From assembly GCA_963779755.1 (NCBI GenBank), contig CAVZZO010000001.1, positions 1,664,001 to 1,728,000 on the forward strand: 64,000 bases of DNA, given 5' to 3'. Shown one piece after another: positions 1 to 9,996 of this stretch (the stretch's first letter is position 1; each line of letters begins with the position of its first letter). This DNA comes from an uncultured Gemmatimonadales bacterium (GTDB lineage: Bacteria; Gemmatimonadota; Gemmatimonadetes; Gemmatimonadales; GWC2-71-9). The position numbers were made by a program, and so were the translations under genes. The notes beneath the pieces are model-generated. The model saw only the letters and a list, made by a program, of their open reading frames with translations, made no database searches and was not told the origin of the DNA.

Positions 1-1
1 C

Positions 2-652
2 CGGGGCTCACCCCTGCGCCAGCTCAGTGTTTCGGTGGAGGGTCGCCGGCTGCAGCTCCGCGGGGCGTTGCACAAGCTGGTGGACATTCCCTTCGAGATT
101 TCGGCCGCCGTCACGCTGCTCCCCTCCGGTGAGATCCGGCTGCATCCCGTCTCGATCGACGTGTTCAAGCTGGGGGTGGACGGGCTGCTGGACTTCTTCG
201 GGGTGCAGCTGGATGAGCTGGTCAAGGGCGGGGCGAGCCGAGGTGTCGTGCTGCGGGACAATGATTTCTATCTCGATGCGGCGGCCCTGCTCCCGCCCCC
301 CCGGGCCGAAGGCCGGGTCCGGGCGCTGCGGCTGGAGCCGGGCGCGCTGCGGCTGGTATTCGGCCCCGATACGGCGCGCCCGGGTCCGCCTGTCGCTTCG
401 AGCCTGGTGCCGCCGGAGGTGGCATTGGGTTTCCGGGGCGCGCAGCTGCGGTTCGGGAAACTGACCATGCGGCATACCGACATGCGGATCATGGATGCCG
501 ATACCACCGACGGGTTCGATTTCGACCTCAACCACTATCGCGTGCAGCTGGTGCCGGGCTATACCAGGACCCGGTGGGATGACGGCCTGGTGGTATATAT
601 GCGGGACTACGGGGATGCGCTGAAAGAAGAGACGAAAAGCGGAAAGGACTGA
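2..652 (+). CDS. Hypothetical protein, 5'-truncated by the window edge
   Basis: Frame is open from base 2 through the 35..652 ORF with GC3-rich codons; no family recognised. Confidence 0.75.
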   Translation, partial: RGSPLRQLSVSVEGRRLQLRGALHKLVDIPFEISAAVTLLPSGEIRLHPVSIDVFKLGVDGLLDFFGVQLDELVKGGASRGVVLRDNDFYLDAAALLPPPRAEGRVRALRLEPGALRLVFGPDTARPGPPVASSLVPPEVALGFRGAQLRFGKLTMRHTDMRIMDADTTDGFDFDLNHYRVQLVPGYTRTRWDDGLVVYMRDYGDALKEETKSGKD

Positions 653-693
653 GCACTGGGGCCGGGTTCCGTCCCTTCACGTCCCCGGTTTTC

Positions 694-2598
694 TCATCGG
701 ACTCGGAGCAGGGCCAGATCCGTCCGCTGCACCGACAGCGGGGCGCCCCCCGCCCCGGTGTAGGAAATGCGCACGGCGCCGCGCGCCGGGATCTGGATAT
801 AGCGGGCATCCAGGTCGGTCAGGTGCATGGTCGAGACTGCCCCGGCCGGCGAGACGGTGACGTCGGCCAGCAGGGAGGGTGAGAAGAAGCTGCGCAGGTT
901 CCACATCGGATCCTGGATGTCCGCACTCGCGCCGGGCAGTTCATCGGCGTACCAGGACAGCAGCCAGTCGCCCACCACCTTGTTGGGAGGATCGCTGGTG
1001 CCGCGCAGCGCGTTGGAAACCTGGGTAAAGGTCCGCCGCTCCGGCAGGCGGGAGAACCGCGCCAGGGCCGTGTCCAGCGGCTGCCCCGACTCGACCGCCC
1101 GGGAGATCAGGGCCGCCACCATCTGGCAGGCCATGGGGTAGTCCACACTGCTCCCGATCTCCTGCATCCGGGTCCGGTCCATCGCCAGTCCGCAGCGGGA
1201 GCGCACCACGGTCCCCGCCGGGGTCAGGATCCCGGGAGTATGGCTGAGGTTCGCGGTCAGCGGGTGGGGCAGCCCCTGCTCGGCCCAGAGATGGCGCATG
1301 AGGTCGGCATAGCCCTCGACCGTCCAGCTGCGCCAGGTATCCCGGCGGGGGCCGGGCGTGGTGAATCCGAAGTCTTCCAGGTGCGCCGTTTCGTGGGCCG
1401 CGGTCGAGAGCAGGCGCGCCTGCTGGACCGACGACGCCCGGAAGAGAGCGCCGCCGTCCAGCCATACCAGATTGGCCGTGATCCGGCGCCGGGAGCAGGA
1501 GGATCCAACCTCCCAGCCCGGATAGGCGAAGCCGCGCGCCCGGCTGCCGCTGCTGTCGCTGATCAGCACCGGGATGAGCTGCTTCGGCTCGCGGCCCGGC
1601 AGGACCTGATCGAAGAAGGGAGCCACCAGGGTGTCGTAGTCCGACAGGAACTCCAGCAGGCGCTGCCGTACCGCCATCGAATCGCGACGGGCCCGCCGCA
1701 GCGTGGGCCGGTCGAACAGCACCACCAGGTGTCGCGAGATGCCTACCACGTGCCAGTATTCGCTCCGCCGGTCCTGCCCGTGCAGACCCAGGAAGGCGCC
1801 CCGGTCCGTCCGTCCGGTGGCGACCTGGACCGAATCGCCCAGGAAGGAGGGGAAGGGGCAGGCCAGCGATTCTGACGCGAGGCCGGACGACGAGGAGGGG
1901 AGCGCGAATTCCGGGGTGGCCGCCAGCCACTGCAGTGCGTCCCGGCCGGTCGACTCCGGCCTCAGGCCGGCCCGGGGGGTGCGCCGGGGCAGGTTCTCCT
2001 CGTGCTGCAAAGCCCGGGCGCGGCGCAGCCGGCCCGAGACCGGCAGGATGCTGACCCGCCCCGCCACGCTGCCGGCATCCCCTGGGGTGAGGGACTGGTC
2101 GTGGTCCCAGGTGAACGGCATGGCCAGATAGAAGCCGGAGTCGGGCAACTCCACGGCGCAGCCGCGGGCCACGGCCGCGGTGGCAATGGCGTGTTCGCCC
2201 GGCTGGAGCGTCAGCCGGTAGGGAACCGACTGGGCCGGCAGCGAGAACGTGGTCCGCTGCCGGCCCCGCCTGACCTCGATCTCATAGGAAATCCCTTCGC
2301 GCAGGCAGGGGCGGAACAGCGCTTCCGGCACGACCAGGCGCAGGTGGGTCGGGGTGGACTCCAGCATATGCGCCGGGAGGCCGCCGATGCGCACGTGCAC
2401 GCCCTCGAGATCGATACCCTGCAGCCGGAGCGGCCGGTCGGGATCCAGTACGCTGTCGCTCGGGGCGACCCGCAGGGCCACCGGTCCCACCAATCCCTCG
2501 TCCGCGCGGCACGCGATCGCCGCCACCACCGCCGCCGCGAGGAGCGGCAGGTGGCGCGACGTCCGGAGGGCCTGGCGGAGCAGGTAGCGCGCGATCAT
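694..2598 (-). CDS. Putative lipoprotein zinc metallopeptidase (gluzincin-like)
   Basis: Signal/lipobox LPLLAAAVVAAIAC; HETAH (HExxH) followed by WTVEGYAD; start placed at ATG 2598. Confidence 0.6.
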   Translation of the reverse strand: MIARYLLRQALRTSRHLPLLAAAVVAAIACRADEGLVGPVALRVAPSDSVLDPDRPLRLQGIDLEGVHVRIGGLPAHMLESTPTHLRLVVPEALFRPCLREGISYEIEVRRGRQRTTFSLPAQSVPYRLTLQPGEHAIATAAVARGCAVELPDSGFYLAMPFTWDHDQSLTPGDAGSVAGRVSILPVSGRLRRARALQHEENLPRRTPRAGLRPESTGRDALQWLAATPEFALPSSSSGLASESLACPFPSFLGDSVQVATGRTDRGAFLGLHGQDRRSEYWHVVGISRHLVVLFDRPTLRRARRDSMAVRQRLLEFLSDYDTLVAPFFDQVLPGREPKQLIPVLISDSSGSRARGFAYPGWEVGSSCSRRRITANLVWLDGGALFRASSVQQARLLSTAAHETAHLEDFGFTTPGPRRDTWRSWTVEGYADLMRHLWAEQGLPHPLTANLSHTPGILTPAGTVVRSRCGLAMDRTRMQEIGSSVDYPMACQMVAALISRAVESGQPLDTALARFSRLPERRTFTQVSNALRGTSDPPNKVVGDWLLSWYADELPGASADIQDPMWNLRSFFSPSLLADVTVSPAGAVSTMHLTDLDARYIQIPARGAVRISYTGAGGAPLSVQRTDLALLRVR

Positions 2599-2638
2599 CG
2601 AGTTGCCTGAGCGAGAAACTGCCCATAGTGCGTGCAAG

Positions 2639-2677
2639 AGTGATACCGCTCACCTTTCCTCTGTGATCTGGCGCACA
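2639..2677. promoter_or_regulatory. Two CRP/FNR-like boxes in a divergent promoter region
   Basis: AGTGA-taccgc-TCACC (2639-2654) and TGTGA-tctggc-GCACA (2662-2677) compared with the TGTGA-N6-TCACA consensus. Confidence 0.4.
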
Positions 2678-2856
2678 GTCGGCTGAGGAGCGGCTTAACG
2701 CGAGGACACTATTGGGTTTTGCGGATAATCGAGAGGACAGGATGGGGGGGGCGGGCCGGTCCCGAAATGGCGTTTCGCGCCTGGATCATGGATCTTTCAC
2801 CCAGACTGTGCCATGCTCGAATGCCGGAAGTACCCTGCTTCGGGAGGAGGCAGCCA

Positions 2857-3354
2857 ATGACACGCACCGCCATGAGCGTCCTCTTCGGGCTGGGGCTGCT
2901 CGCCGCCTGCGGCCAGGCGCCGGGAGCGGTGCCGGTCCTGGGTGACGTTGGGGCTCTGCAGGGTGAGTGGTATGGGGAGTACCAGAGCGCGGCGACTGGC
3001 CGGTCGGGCAGTATCTCGTTCACTCTGCGTGCGGGGACAGACACCGCCCAGGGCGATGTGGTCATGACACCACAGGGATGGGACCATCCGGTGCAACCGG
3101 CCGGCCAGCCCGGGATCCCGTCCGCTCAGCGCACCCGGCGCCGGATCCTGAGCATCACCTTTGTCCGCGCCTCCGGGGGGACGGTCACGGGGCGCCTGGA
3201 TGCCTACATCGATCCGCAGTGTGGCTGCGACGTGATGACTACGTTCGAGGGGGGCCTCCGCGGCGATACCCTGGCAGGAACGTTCCGTTCGCACCACGTG
3301 CAGGGGGGCGCGACCCGAAGCGGTGAGTGGTGGGTGGTACGGAAAAAGGACTGA
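2857..3354 (+). CDS. Hypothetical lipoprotein
   Basis: SD GGAGGAGG before ATG 2857; lipobox LLAAC. Confidence 0.75.
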   Translation: MTRTAMSVLFGLGLLAACGQAPGAVPVLGDVGALQGEWYGEYQSAATGRSGSISFTLRAGTDTAQGDVVMTPQGWDHPVQPAGQPGIPSAQRTRRRILSITFVRASGGTVTGRLDAYIDPQCGCDVMTTFEGGLRGDTLAGTFRSHHVQGGATRSGEWWVVRKKD

Positions 3355-3423
3355 GGTGAAAGGACCGTGGGGCGTCGGCGGTCGCACATTCACTCAGTCA
3401 GTCCTCAGTCCTCGGTCCTTTCC
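3341..3423. repeat. Inverted heptamer (GGACTGA) repeat element between convergent genes
   Basis: aaggactgaggtgaaaggaccg ... tcagtcc-tcagtcc-tcggtcc-tttcc. Confidence 0.65.
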
Positions 3424-3842
3424 AGCCATCCTTCGGGATAGACAGTGGACATCCCCGCCGCGGCGGCCAGCAGCTCCTGGGCGGCGCGGGCGTAGGGGAC
3501 CAGGCGAGCCAGGCTGCCGCGCTGCAGCCGCAGCTTGCCCGTCAAGATGCTCATGACCGCCGGCGTATGCCCGGAGAGGAGCCGGTGCCATTCCCTTGCG
3601 CTGCCGGCCAGCACGAAGTCGGCGCCGGTTTCATCCTCCGGCGTGGCCACCCTCGCCACCCGACAGACGCCATGCCAGAGGTCCAGGAAGACCGCCCGCT
3701 GGCGTGGCTCCGGGCCGGGCGCCGTCATCACCAGCAGGATGCTGCCCTCCCAGGTCGCGGCGGAAACCCGGTACGCCTCGCTCTCGCCCAGCAGGGCGGC
3801 CCAGGCGGTGGCCCACAGCTCGGTGAACGCTTCGATCTCCAT
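3405..3842 (-). CDS. SCP2 sterol/lipid-binding domain protein
   Basis: VFLDLWHGVCR, ADFVLAG..W..LL.G..AVMSILTGKLRL pattern of the SCP2 family. Confidence 0.8.
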   Translation of the reverse strand: MEIEAFTELWATAWAALLGESEAYRVSAATWEGSILLVMTAPGPEPRQRAVFLDLWHGVCRVARVATPEDETGADFVLAGSAREWHRLLSGHTPAVMSILTGKLRLQRGSLARLVPYARAAQELLAAAAGMSTVYPEGWLERTED

Positions 3843-3981
3843 GATGCTCCCGGCCCTCCCAGGCCGTTTCGCGACCGGGCGAAGCTAGTGGCATCCGGCC
3901 GGCTGCGCCAGCCGTCGGCAACTGCCGTCGGAGCCAAGTGTTAGGCCCGCGCATGTGTATCGTATTGTGACACGTGCAATA

Positions 3982-3997
3982 TGTGGCGTGTGCCACA
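3982..3997. promoter_or_regulatory. Palindromic operator candidate TGTGGC-N4-GCCACA
   Basis: Perfect 6-bp-arm palindrome in a lower-GC divergent intergenic region. Confidence 0.35.
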
Positions 3998-4268
3998 GGG
4001 GATGTGGCTGTGATGTCTAGGCCCGCGGCGGTAGTACTCTTGATGTGGTCAGGGTGACCCCCGTCACTGTGCTTGGGCTGGCGGGTCATCATCTTGACCC
4101 CCGCACGAATGGTCGCCGTGCGCCCAGATTCGGTGCCGGTCGCAGGGAGCAGCGAGCAGTGTTGAAGAATCCGACAGCTTCGGCGTCGTGGAGCGAGACC
4201 CCGGGCCCGGCGGGCCGGACCGCGAACGAAGCTCACGCCCGTGTCCCCACTCTTTGGAGGTCTCACAG

Positions 4269-4937
4269 ATGTCGCTTCTCACCCCCAACGCCGGCAAGCT
4301 GGCGGCGCTGAGTCTGGTAGCGGCGGTCGGACTCGCGGGATGCTCCCGCGTGACGCCCGATCAGCTCCAGACGCAGCTCACGCAGGTCCGCAGTGAGATG
4401 GCGTCCGGCGATAGCGCCCTGTCGCAGCGGATCGCGTCCAACGACCAGCGCATCACCGATCTCTCCACCCGGATGGATTCCCTGCAGCGCGATCTGGAAG
4501 CGCTGCGAACCGAGTTCCATGCCAGCATCCAGCAGATGCAGAGCGCGCTGCGCTTCAACGTGCCGGTGCATTTCGCCTTCGATGACGCTACCGTCCGCGA
4601 AGAGGACCAGCCGGTGCTGAGCCGCTTTGCCAACGTGGTGCAGAAGTACTTCGGCAGCGACGCCGTGATCACCGTGGAAGGCTTCGCCGATCCTGCCGGC
4701 AGCGCCCGCTACAATATCGAGCTGGGGCTGAATCGCGCCGAGTCGGTCAAGGATTACCTGGTCAACCAGGGAGGCCTGGCCGGGGCGAAGATCAACACCG
4801 TGAGCTACGGAGAGGCCCGCAACCGGCAGGTCACGCCGGGAGCCCATGGCCCCGGTGATACCGGCGTCGAGAACCGGCGGGTTGCGCTGGTAATCGATTA
4901 CGCCGGCAATGCCCCCTCGACGACGGCGAGCCGCTGA
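4269..4937 (+). CDS. OmpA-family peptidoglycan-binding lipoprotein with N-terminal coiled coil
   Basis: SD GGAGG; lipobox LAGC; VHFAFDD, VEGFAD..G...YN..LG..RA..V, ENRRV. Confidence 0.92.
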   Translation: MSLLTPNAGKLAALSLVAAVGLAGCSRVTPDQLQTQLTQVRSEMASGDSALSQRIASNDQRITDLSTRMDSLQRDLEALRTEFHASIQQMQSALRFNVPVHFAFDDATVREEDQPVLSRFANVVQKYFGSDAVITVEGFADPAGSARYNIELGLNRAESVKDYLVNQGGLAGAKINTVSYGEARNRQVTPGAHGPGDTGVENRRVALVIDYAGNAPSTTASR

Positions 4938-4957
4938 ACTTTCAGGGGGGGATACAT

Positions 4958-4985
4958 AAAGGCCTCCGCATCCGCGGAGGCCTTT
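4958..4985. terminator. Bidirectional intrinsic terminator
   Basis: aaaggcctccgc-atcc-gcggaggccttt between convergent genes. Confidence 0.85.
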
Positions 4986-5000
4986 GTCTTCTCAGGAGGG

Positions 5001-5231
5001 TTACGCCTGGTCGGCCGGTTTGCAGATCCGGAGCTTGGGACTTCCAGGCATCCCCACGAAGGTGAGCCCCAGCCGGGCGATATCTTCGGTTGTCAGGCTG
5101 CTCAGGGTTTCCTGATCCAGGAACCCGCTGCGGCGCGCGCACGGCTCACAGATCCCGTGGGACACGGTAGATCCGGGAGGGCCTCCCTCGATAGTGACGC
5201 CACACCAGGCGCAGCGCAGAAGCAACGACAT
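5001..5231 (-). CDS. Small Cys/His-motif protein (76 aa)
   Basis: MSLLLRCAWC...VSHGICEPC; AGGA upstream of ATG 5231. Confidence 0.6.
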   Translation of the reverse strand: MSLLLRCAWCGVTIEGGPPGSTVSHGICEPCARRSGFLDQETLSSLTTEDIARLGLTFVGMPGSPKLRICKPADQA

Positions 5232-5325
5232 TCGATTCCTGTGGCTAGTTTTCCGGTGTCTCCCGGGGGAAATCGGCCCCATTCCGGGGTGTGAGTGCCT
5301 TCTCTCCGCTAAAAGGGCATTTCGC

Positions 5326-5760
5326 ATGCCACGGTTGGCTTCGCTGAGCCGAAAACGGGCTGGGCTGCTGGTAACTGGAGCGCTCCTTCTCGCCCTGGGA
5401 GCGGTAGCGGGTCTGGTGCCGCACCCCCGTGGTGCGCCCGTGGGACGGCTGCTCGATCCGGCCGGCGGGATCTGGGCCGTGGCGGCGCAGGATGACGGTG
5501 GCCGCCACGGACTGGGAGGCACGCCGCACCGGCGTGCCTGGGTGCTGGCCGCCGGCGCCGGAGGGCTCGCCTGGGCGGCGTTGCTGGGCTGGCGCGCGGC
5601 GGTGTCGCCGCTGGTGCGTCTCGACCATCTGCTGGCAGCCATGCTGCACCTTCCCCCTTATGTGCTGCTCCTGGCCACGGTCCTCTCCGGTACCATGCTG
5701 GCGACGGGCGGAGCGATGCTGGGCCAGGGCCTTCGCGGGGTGAGAGGGCCGCATGTCTGA
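5326..5760 (+). CDS. Hypothetical membrane protein upstream of the sensor kinase
   Basis: Three hydrophobic segments; stop overlaps the kinase start. Confidence 0.5.
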   Translation: MPRLASLSRKRAGLLVTGALLLALGAVAGLVPHPRGAPVGRLLDPAGGIWAVAAQDDGGRHGLGGTPHRRAWVLAAGAGGLAWAALLGWRAAVSPLVRLDHLLAAMLHLPPYVLLLATVLSGTMLATGGAMLGQGLRGVRGPHV

Positions 5761-8350
5761 TCTTCCCGCCCGCGTCGCGGCGTATCGCGCGCTGGCGCAC
5801 GCGGCAGCCGAGGCCTTCGTGATCGCCGATGTCGAGCGGCGGGTCACGTTTCTCAATCCCGCGGCCGAGCGGTTATTCGGGCCTGCCGATCTGGTGACTG
5901 GCCGCGCGCTGAGCGAACTCATGGCGGACCCTTCGGCGCCTGATCTCTGTGCCGAACTGGACCGGCTGGCGGACGACCCCGGTGCCGACGGCCGGGTACT
6001 GGGAGTCCTGGCGCTCGGCGCGGACGGACACGGCATCCCGGCGGAAGTGACGGTGGCACGCTGGGAGGAGCACGGCCGGGTGCTGTTCGGCCTGATTGTC
6101 CGGGATATCAGCGAGCGGCACCGGACCCAGATGCGGCTCGAGCGATACCGCGAGATCGTCCAGCACCTGCCCTTGGGGCTCACCATCTGGCGGCTGCAGG
6201 ATCTCTCGGATGGCGACACGCTCCGGTTGCTGGACGTGAACGAGGGGAACGCCGAGACGCTCGGCGTGGACCTGATCCCGCTTATCGGGCACCTCCTGCT
6301 CGAGTGCCTCCCCGGCCTGGCCGGCACCGGGCTGCCCGAGGCCCTGGCGGAGGTGGTCCGCAGCGGCACGGCCCGGGTCTTCGAAGACCGCCGCTATCAG
6401 GACGAGCGGGTAGCCGCGGGAATCTTCGCCTTCCGTGCTTTCCCGCTGCCGGACCGCTCGCTCGGACTGGTGGTGGAGAACGTGACCCCGCGCAAGCGGG
6501 TGGAGGATGCCTTGCGGGAGGCTGAGCGGCGCTACCGCGTGCTGGTGGACGCGATGTGGGCGGTGGTGTGGCGCGCCGATCCCGATACCCTGGCGTTCAC
6601 CTTCGTCAGCCGCCGCGCGGAAGTCCTGCTGGGGTTTCCGGTCTCGAACTGGCTCAGCGACCCCGGCTTCTGGGCGGCGCGGCTGCACCCGGACGATCGG
6701 GAGACGGTGCTCGCGACCCGCCGGGCGGCGGTGGCCTCCGGGCAGCAGAGTGAGCTGGAGTACCGGCTGATCGCGGCCGACGACCGGGTCCTCTGGATTC
6801 TCGAGCGGCTGACGCCGCCCGCGACGGGTGAGGGCACCGGCGAGGTGATCGGGATCTTTCTGGATGTGACGGAGCGGAAGGATGCCGAGGCACGGGTGCG
6901 CGAGAGCGAACGGCGGCTGGCGGAAGCGCAGCGGCTGGCCCGGCTGGGCAGCTGGGAGTGGGATGTTCTGGAGAACCGCCTGACCTGGTCGGAGGAGATG
7001 ACCCGGATCTACGGCCTCGAGGCAGGCGTGGGGCCGGGATCCGTCGAGGGATTCCTCCAGTTGGTGCATCCCGAGGATCGCGCGCGCGCGGAACAGATCG
7101 TAGGGGAGTCCCTCGAGCGGCGGGCGCCGTTCGCCTTCATGCACCGCATCGCGCGGCCCGACGGCGGAGTCCGCTGGCTGCAGGCGCGGGGAGAACCGGT
7201 GCTGGACAGCGACGGGTCCGTGCGGCGGCTGGTTGGGACGGCCCAGGATGTGACCGAACGGCGCGAGGCCGACGAGGTGCTGCGCGCCAGCCAGGAGCGA
7301 TTCCGCATCCTGGTGGACGGCGTCCGCGACTACGCCATCCTGCTGGTCACTCCGCACGGGCTGGTATCCAGCTGGAACGCGGGCGCGGAGCGGATTCTGG
7401 GCTATCGCGCCGAAGACATCCTCGGCAGCCACTTCAGCCGGTTCTACCCGGCGGATGAGCGTGCCAGCGGCAAGGCGCAGGACGAGCTGCAGGTCGCCCT
7501 TCTGACCGGCCGCTATGAAGAGGAAGGTCGGCGCGTGCGGCGGGACGGCTCCGCCTTCCTGGCGCGGGTAACCATCACGCCGCTGCTGGATGCGGCGGGG
7601 CGCCTGCAGGGCTTCGCCAAGGTGGTGCACGATATCACCGAACAGAAGGCCAGCGAAGAGAAGCTGGCGAGCAGCCACCGCCAGCTGCGCGAGCTGAGCC
7701 GGCGGCTCGAAGCCCTGCGGGAGCAGGAGCGAGGCCGCATGGCGCGCGAAATCCACGACGAGCTGGGCCAGGCCCTGACCGCCATCAAGCTCGATCTCAC
7801 CTCGATCAGCCGGCGACTGCGCGAGGATTCCGGCGACCTGCGGAGCCGGATTGCCAACACCATGCAGCTGGTGGACGGGACGATCGACACGGTCCGGCGC
7901 GTCTCGCAGGAGCTGCGCCCCGGGGTGCTGGACGATCTCGGCCTGGTCCCCGCGCTGGAATGGCTCTGTCAGGATTTCGAGCAGCGTACCGGTATCAGCT
8001 GCCGTCCCACGCTCCCGGCGCGGGAGATCGGGGTGGATGCGGATCGTGCAACCCATATCTTTCGGATCGCGCAGGAGGCGCTCACCAATGTCGTGCGCCA
8101 CGCGGAGGCCCGGTCGGTGACCCTGGCTCTACGGCAGGGCGCGGAGGGAAAGCTGCACATGGTCATTCAGGACGATGGGCGGGGTATGGCTCCTCCGGCG
8201 CCGGGAGCGGCGCTCTCGCTCGGATTGCTGGGTATGCGGGAGCGGGCCGCCGCGTGCGGCGGCGAGTTGCGGGTCGTCAGTCCCGGGGGTGGCGGCACCC
8301 TGATCGAATTCCAGATGCCGCTGCCCATGTCCGAGGGACGGCCGGCATGA
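5753..8350 (+). CDS. Multi-PAS sensor histidine kinase (HisKA_3, NarX/UhpB type)
   Basis: Several PAS/PAC repeats; ERGRMAREIHDELGQ; FRIAQEALTNVVRHA; IQDDGRG. Confidence 0.95.
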   Translation: MSDLPARVAAYRALAHAAAEAFVIADVERRVTFLNPAAERLFGPADLVTGRALSELMADPSAPDLCAELDRLADDPGADGRVLGVLALGADGHGIPAEVTVARWEEHGRVLFGLIVRDISERHRTQMRLERYREIVQHLPLGLTIWRLQDLSDGDTLRLLDVNEGNAETLGVDLIPLIGHLLLECLPGLAGTGLPEALAEVVRSGTARVFEDRRYQDERVAAGIFAFRAFPLPDRSLGLVVENVTPRKRVEDALREAERRYRVLVDAMWAVVWRADPDTLAFTFVSRRAEVLLGFPVSNWLSDPGFWAARLHPDDRETVLATRRAAVASGQQSELEYRLIAADDRVLWILERLTPPATGEGTGEVIGIFLDVTERKDAEARVRESERRLAEAQRLARLGSWEWDVLENRLTWSEEMTRIYGLEAGVGPGSVEGFLQLVHPEDRARAEQIVGESLERRAPFAFMHRIARPDGGVRWLQARGEPVLDSDGSVRRLVGTAQDVTERREADEVLRASQERFRILVDGVRDYAILLVTPHGLVSSWNAGAERILGYRAEDILGSHFSRFYPADERASGKAQDELQVALLTGRYEEEGRRVRRDGSAFLARVTITPLLDAAGRLQGFAKVVHDITEQKASEEKLASSHRQLRELSRRLEALREQERGRMAREIHDELGQALTAIKLDLTSISRRLREDSGDLRSRIANTMQLVDGTIDTVRRVSQELRPGVLDDLGLVPALEWLCQDFEQRTGISCRPTLPAREIGVDADRATHIFRIAQEALTNVVRHAEARSVTLALRQGAEGKLHMVIQDDGRGMAPPAPGAALSLGLLGMRERAAACGGELRVVSPGGGGTLIEFQMPLPMSEGRPA

Positions 8351-8979
8351 TCCGCCTGATCCTGGCGGACGATCATCCGCTGATCCGGACCGGCCTGCGG
8401 ACCATCCTGCAGGAGGAGCCCGAGCTCCGGCTGGTGGGCGAGGCCGACAGCGGCACCGGCCTGCTGGAGTTGCTGCCGCGGGTCGAGGCCGACGTGCTGC
8501 TGCTCGACATCAGCATGCCCGGGCCGGGATTCGCCGAATTGATGCGACAGGTTCGGACCGGCTGGCCCGGGCTCCGGGTGCTGGTGCTGAGCGTACAGCC
8601 GGAAGACCAGTACGCGGTGAGCGCGCTGCGGGCCGGCGCGGCCGGCTATCTCTCCAAGGAGCAGTCGCCGGAACGGCTCATTGCCGCCATCCGCCGGGTC
8701 CATGCCGGCGGCCGCTTCGTGAGCCCGACGCTGGTCGAACGGCTGGCGGAAGAGCTCTCTCCCGACCGTATCCGGCCGCCGCACCTGACCCTCTCCGAAC
8801 GGGAGCACCAGGTGCTCACTCTGATGGGCGGCGGCCGGACCACCCGGCAGATTGCCCAGGAACTGGGGCTGAGCCCCAAGACGGTGAGCACGTTCCGGCA
8901 GCGCATCCGGCAGAAACTTCGGCTCACCTCCGATGCCGAGCTCATCCGCTATGCGCTGGAGCATCATCTGACCGCGTAG
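8347..8979 (+). CDS. NarL/LuxR-family response regulator
   Basis: ATGA overlap with the kinase; ILADDH, LLDISMPG, LSEREHQV...LSPKTVST. Confidence 0.95.
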   Translation: MIRLILADDHPLIRTGLRTILQEEPELRLVGEADSGTGLLELLPRVEADVLLLDISMPGPGFAELMRQVRTGWPGLRVLVLSVQPEDQYAVSALRAGAAGYLSKEQSPERLIAAIRRVHAGGRFVSPTLVERLAEELSPDRIRPPHLTLSEREHQVLTLMGGGRTTRQIAQELGLSPKTVSTFRQRIRQKLRLTSDAELIRYALEHHLTA

Positions 8980-9073
8980 GCCGTTCTGCCTACGCTCTGG
9001 TGGGTGGGCGACTTACGCCGGGGCCGCTACCCTGCCGATAGCATGGCGGCCCGGGCCAGGGCATGTTATCAAG

Positions 9074-9481
9074 GTGGAATCCTGGAGCGAGACTCTCCCC
9101 CGGACGGTGCGAACCCTCATCGTCGACGACTCCAGCATCGTGCGCCGCCGTCTGGCCATCATGCTGGAAGAGATGGGGCAGGTAACGATCATCGGCCAGG
9201 CGCCCAACATGGCCGAGGCGCTGGGGCTGATTCCCTCGCTGCGGCCCGATGCCGTCATCGTCGATCTGCGCATGCCCGACGGCGACGGGATTCACCTGGT
9301 AGAGGCCCTGAAGCAGCTGGACAACCCCCCCCTGGTGGGCGTGCTGACCAACTATCCCTATGATCAGTACCGGAAACGCTGTCTTCAGGCCGGCGCTGAC
9401 TTCTTCTTCGACAAGACCACCGAGTTCGCCCGGGTGCCCGAGACGCTGCACCGGCTGTCTGGGGGTCTGCGGGCGCCCTGA
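9074..9481 (+). CDS. Single-domain response regulator
   Basis: LIVDDS, IVDLRMPDGDG, GADFFFDK; start may be GTG 9107. Confidence 0.88.
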   Translation: MESWSETLPRTVRTLIVDDSSIVRRRLAIMLEEMGQVTIIGQAPNMAEALGLIPSLRPDAVIVDLRMPDGDGIHLVEALKQLDNPPLVGVLTNYPYDQYRKRCLQAGADFFFDKTTEFARVPETLHRLSGGLRAP

Positions 9482-9486
9482 CTACC

Positions 9487-9996
9487 GTGCCGTCCCTGCA
9501 CACCACCGCTCGCCCCTCCGGGGCTGAGCCTGGACCCCTGTTGCCCGACATGGACCCTTCCGCTTCCGCCTGCGACCTCCTGCTGGTCGAGGACAACCCC
9601 TGGGACGAAGAGCTCATTCTGCGCTCGCTCGAGCGCGGCGGTCTGGCGGTGCGCACCAGCGTGGTACGCCACGGCGAGGAGGCGCTCGATTTTCTCCATG
9701 GCCGCGGCCGCCATGCGGGCCGGGCCGGTCTGCGGCTGCCCCGCGCGATCCTGCTCGATCTCAAGCTGCCGGGCCCGAATGGCCACGCCATTGTCCGGGC
9801 GGTGCGCAGCGACCCGCGGTTGCGCCACCTGCCGGTCGTCATGTTGACCTCCTCGCAGCAGGATCGCGACGTCGGCGAAGCCTACGCCGAGGGCGTGAAC
9901 AGCTATATCGTCAAGCCGGTGGATTTCGAACGGTTCCTGCAGGTGGTGTTCGACGCCGCCCGCTACTGGGTGCACCTCAATGAACCTCCCGGATAG
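9487..9996 (+). CDS. Rcp1-like single-domain response regulator
   Basis: LLVEDNPWD, ILLDLKLP, LTSS...D...AY..GVNSYIVKPVDF; start may be ATG 9550. Confidence 0.88.
   Translation: MPSLHTTARPSGAEPGPLLPDMDPSASACDLLLVEDNPWDEELILRSLERGGLAVRTSVVRHGEEALDFLHGRGRHAGRAGLRLPRAILLDLKLPGPNGHAIVRAVRSDPRLRHLPVVMLTSSQQDRDVGEAYAEGVNSYIVKPVDFERFLQVVFDAARYWVHLNEPPG

Noticed and set aside
5430..5490. GRLLDPAGGIWAVA resembling a penicillin-acylase N-terminus
   Set aside because: The similarity is too short and no downstream acylase sequence is present.
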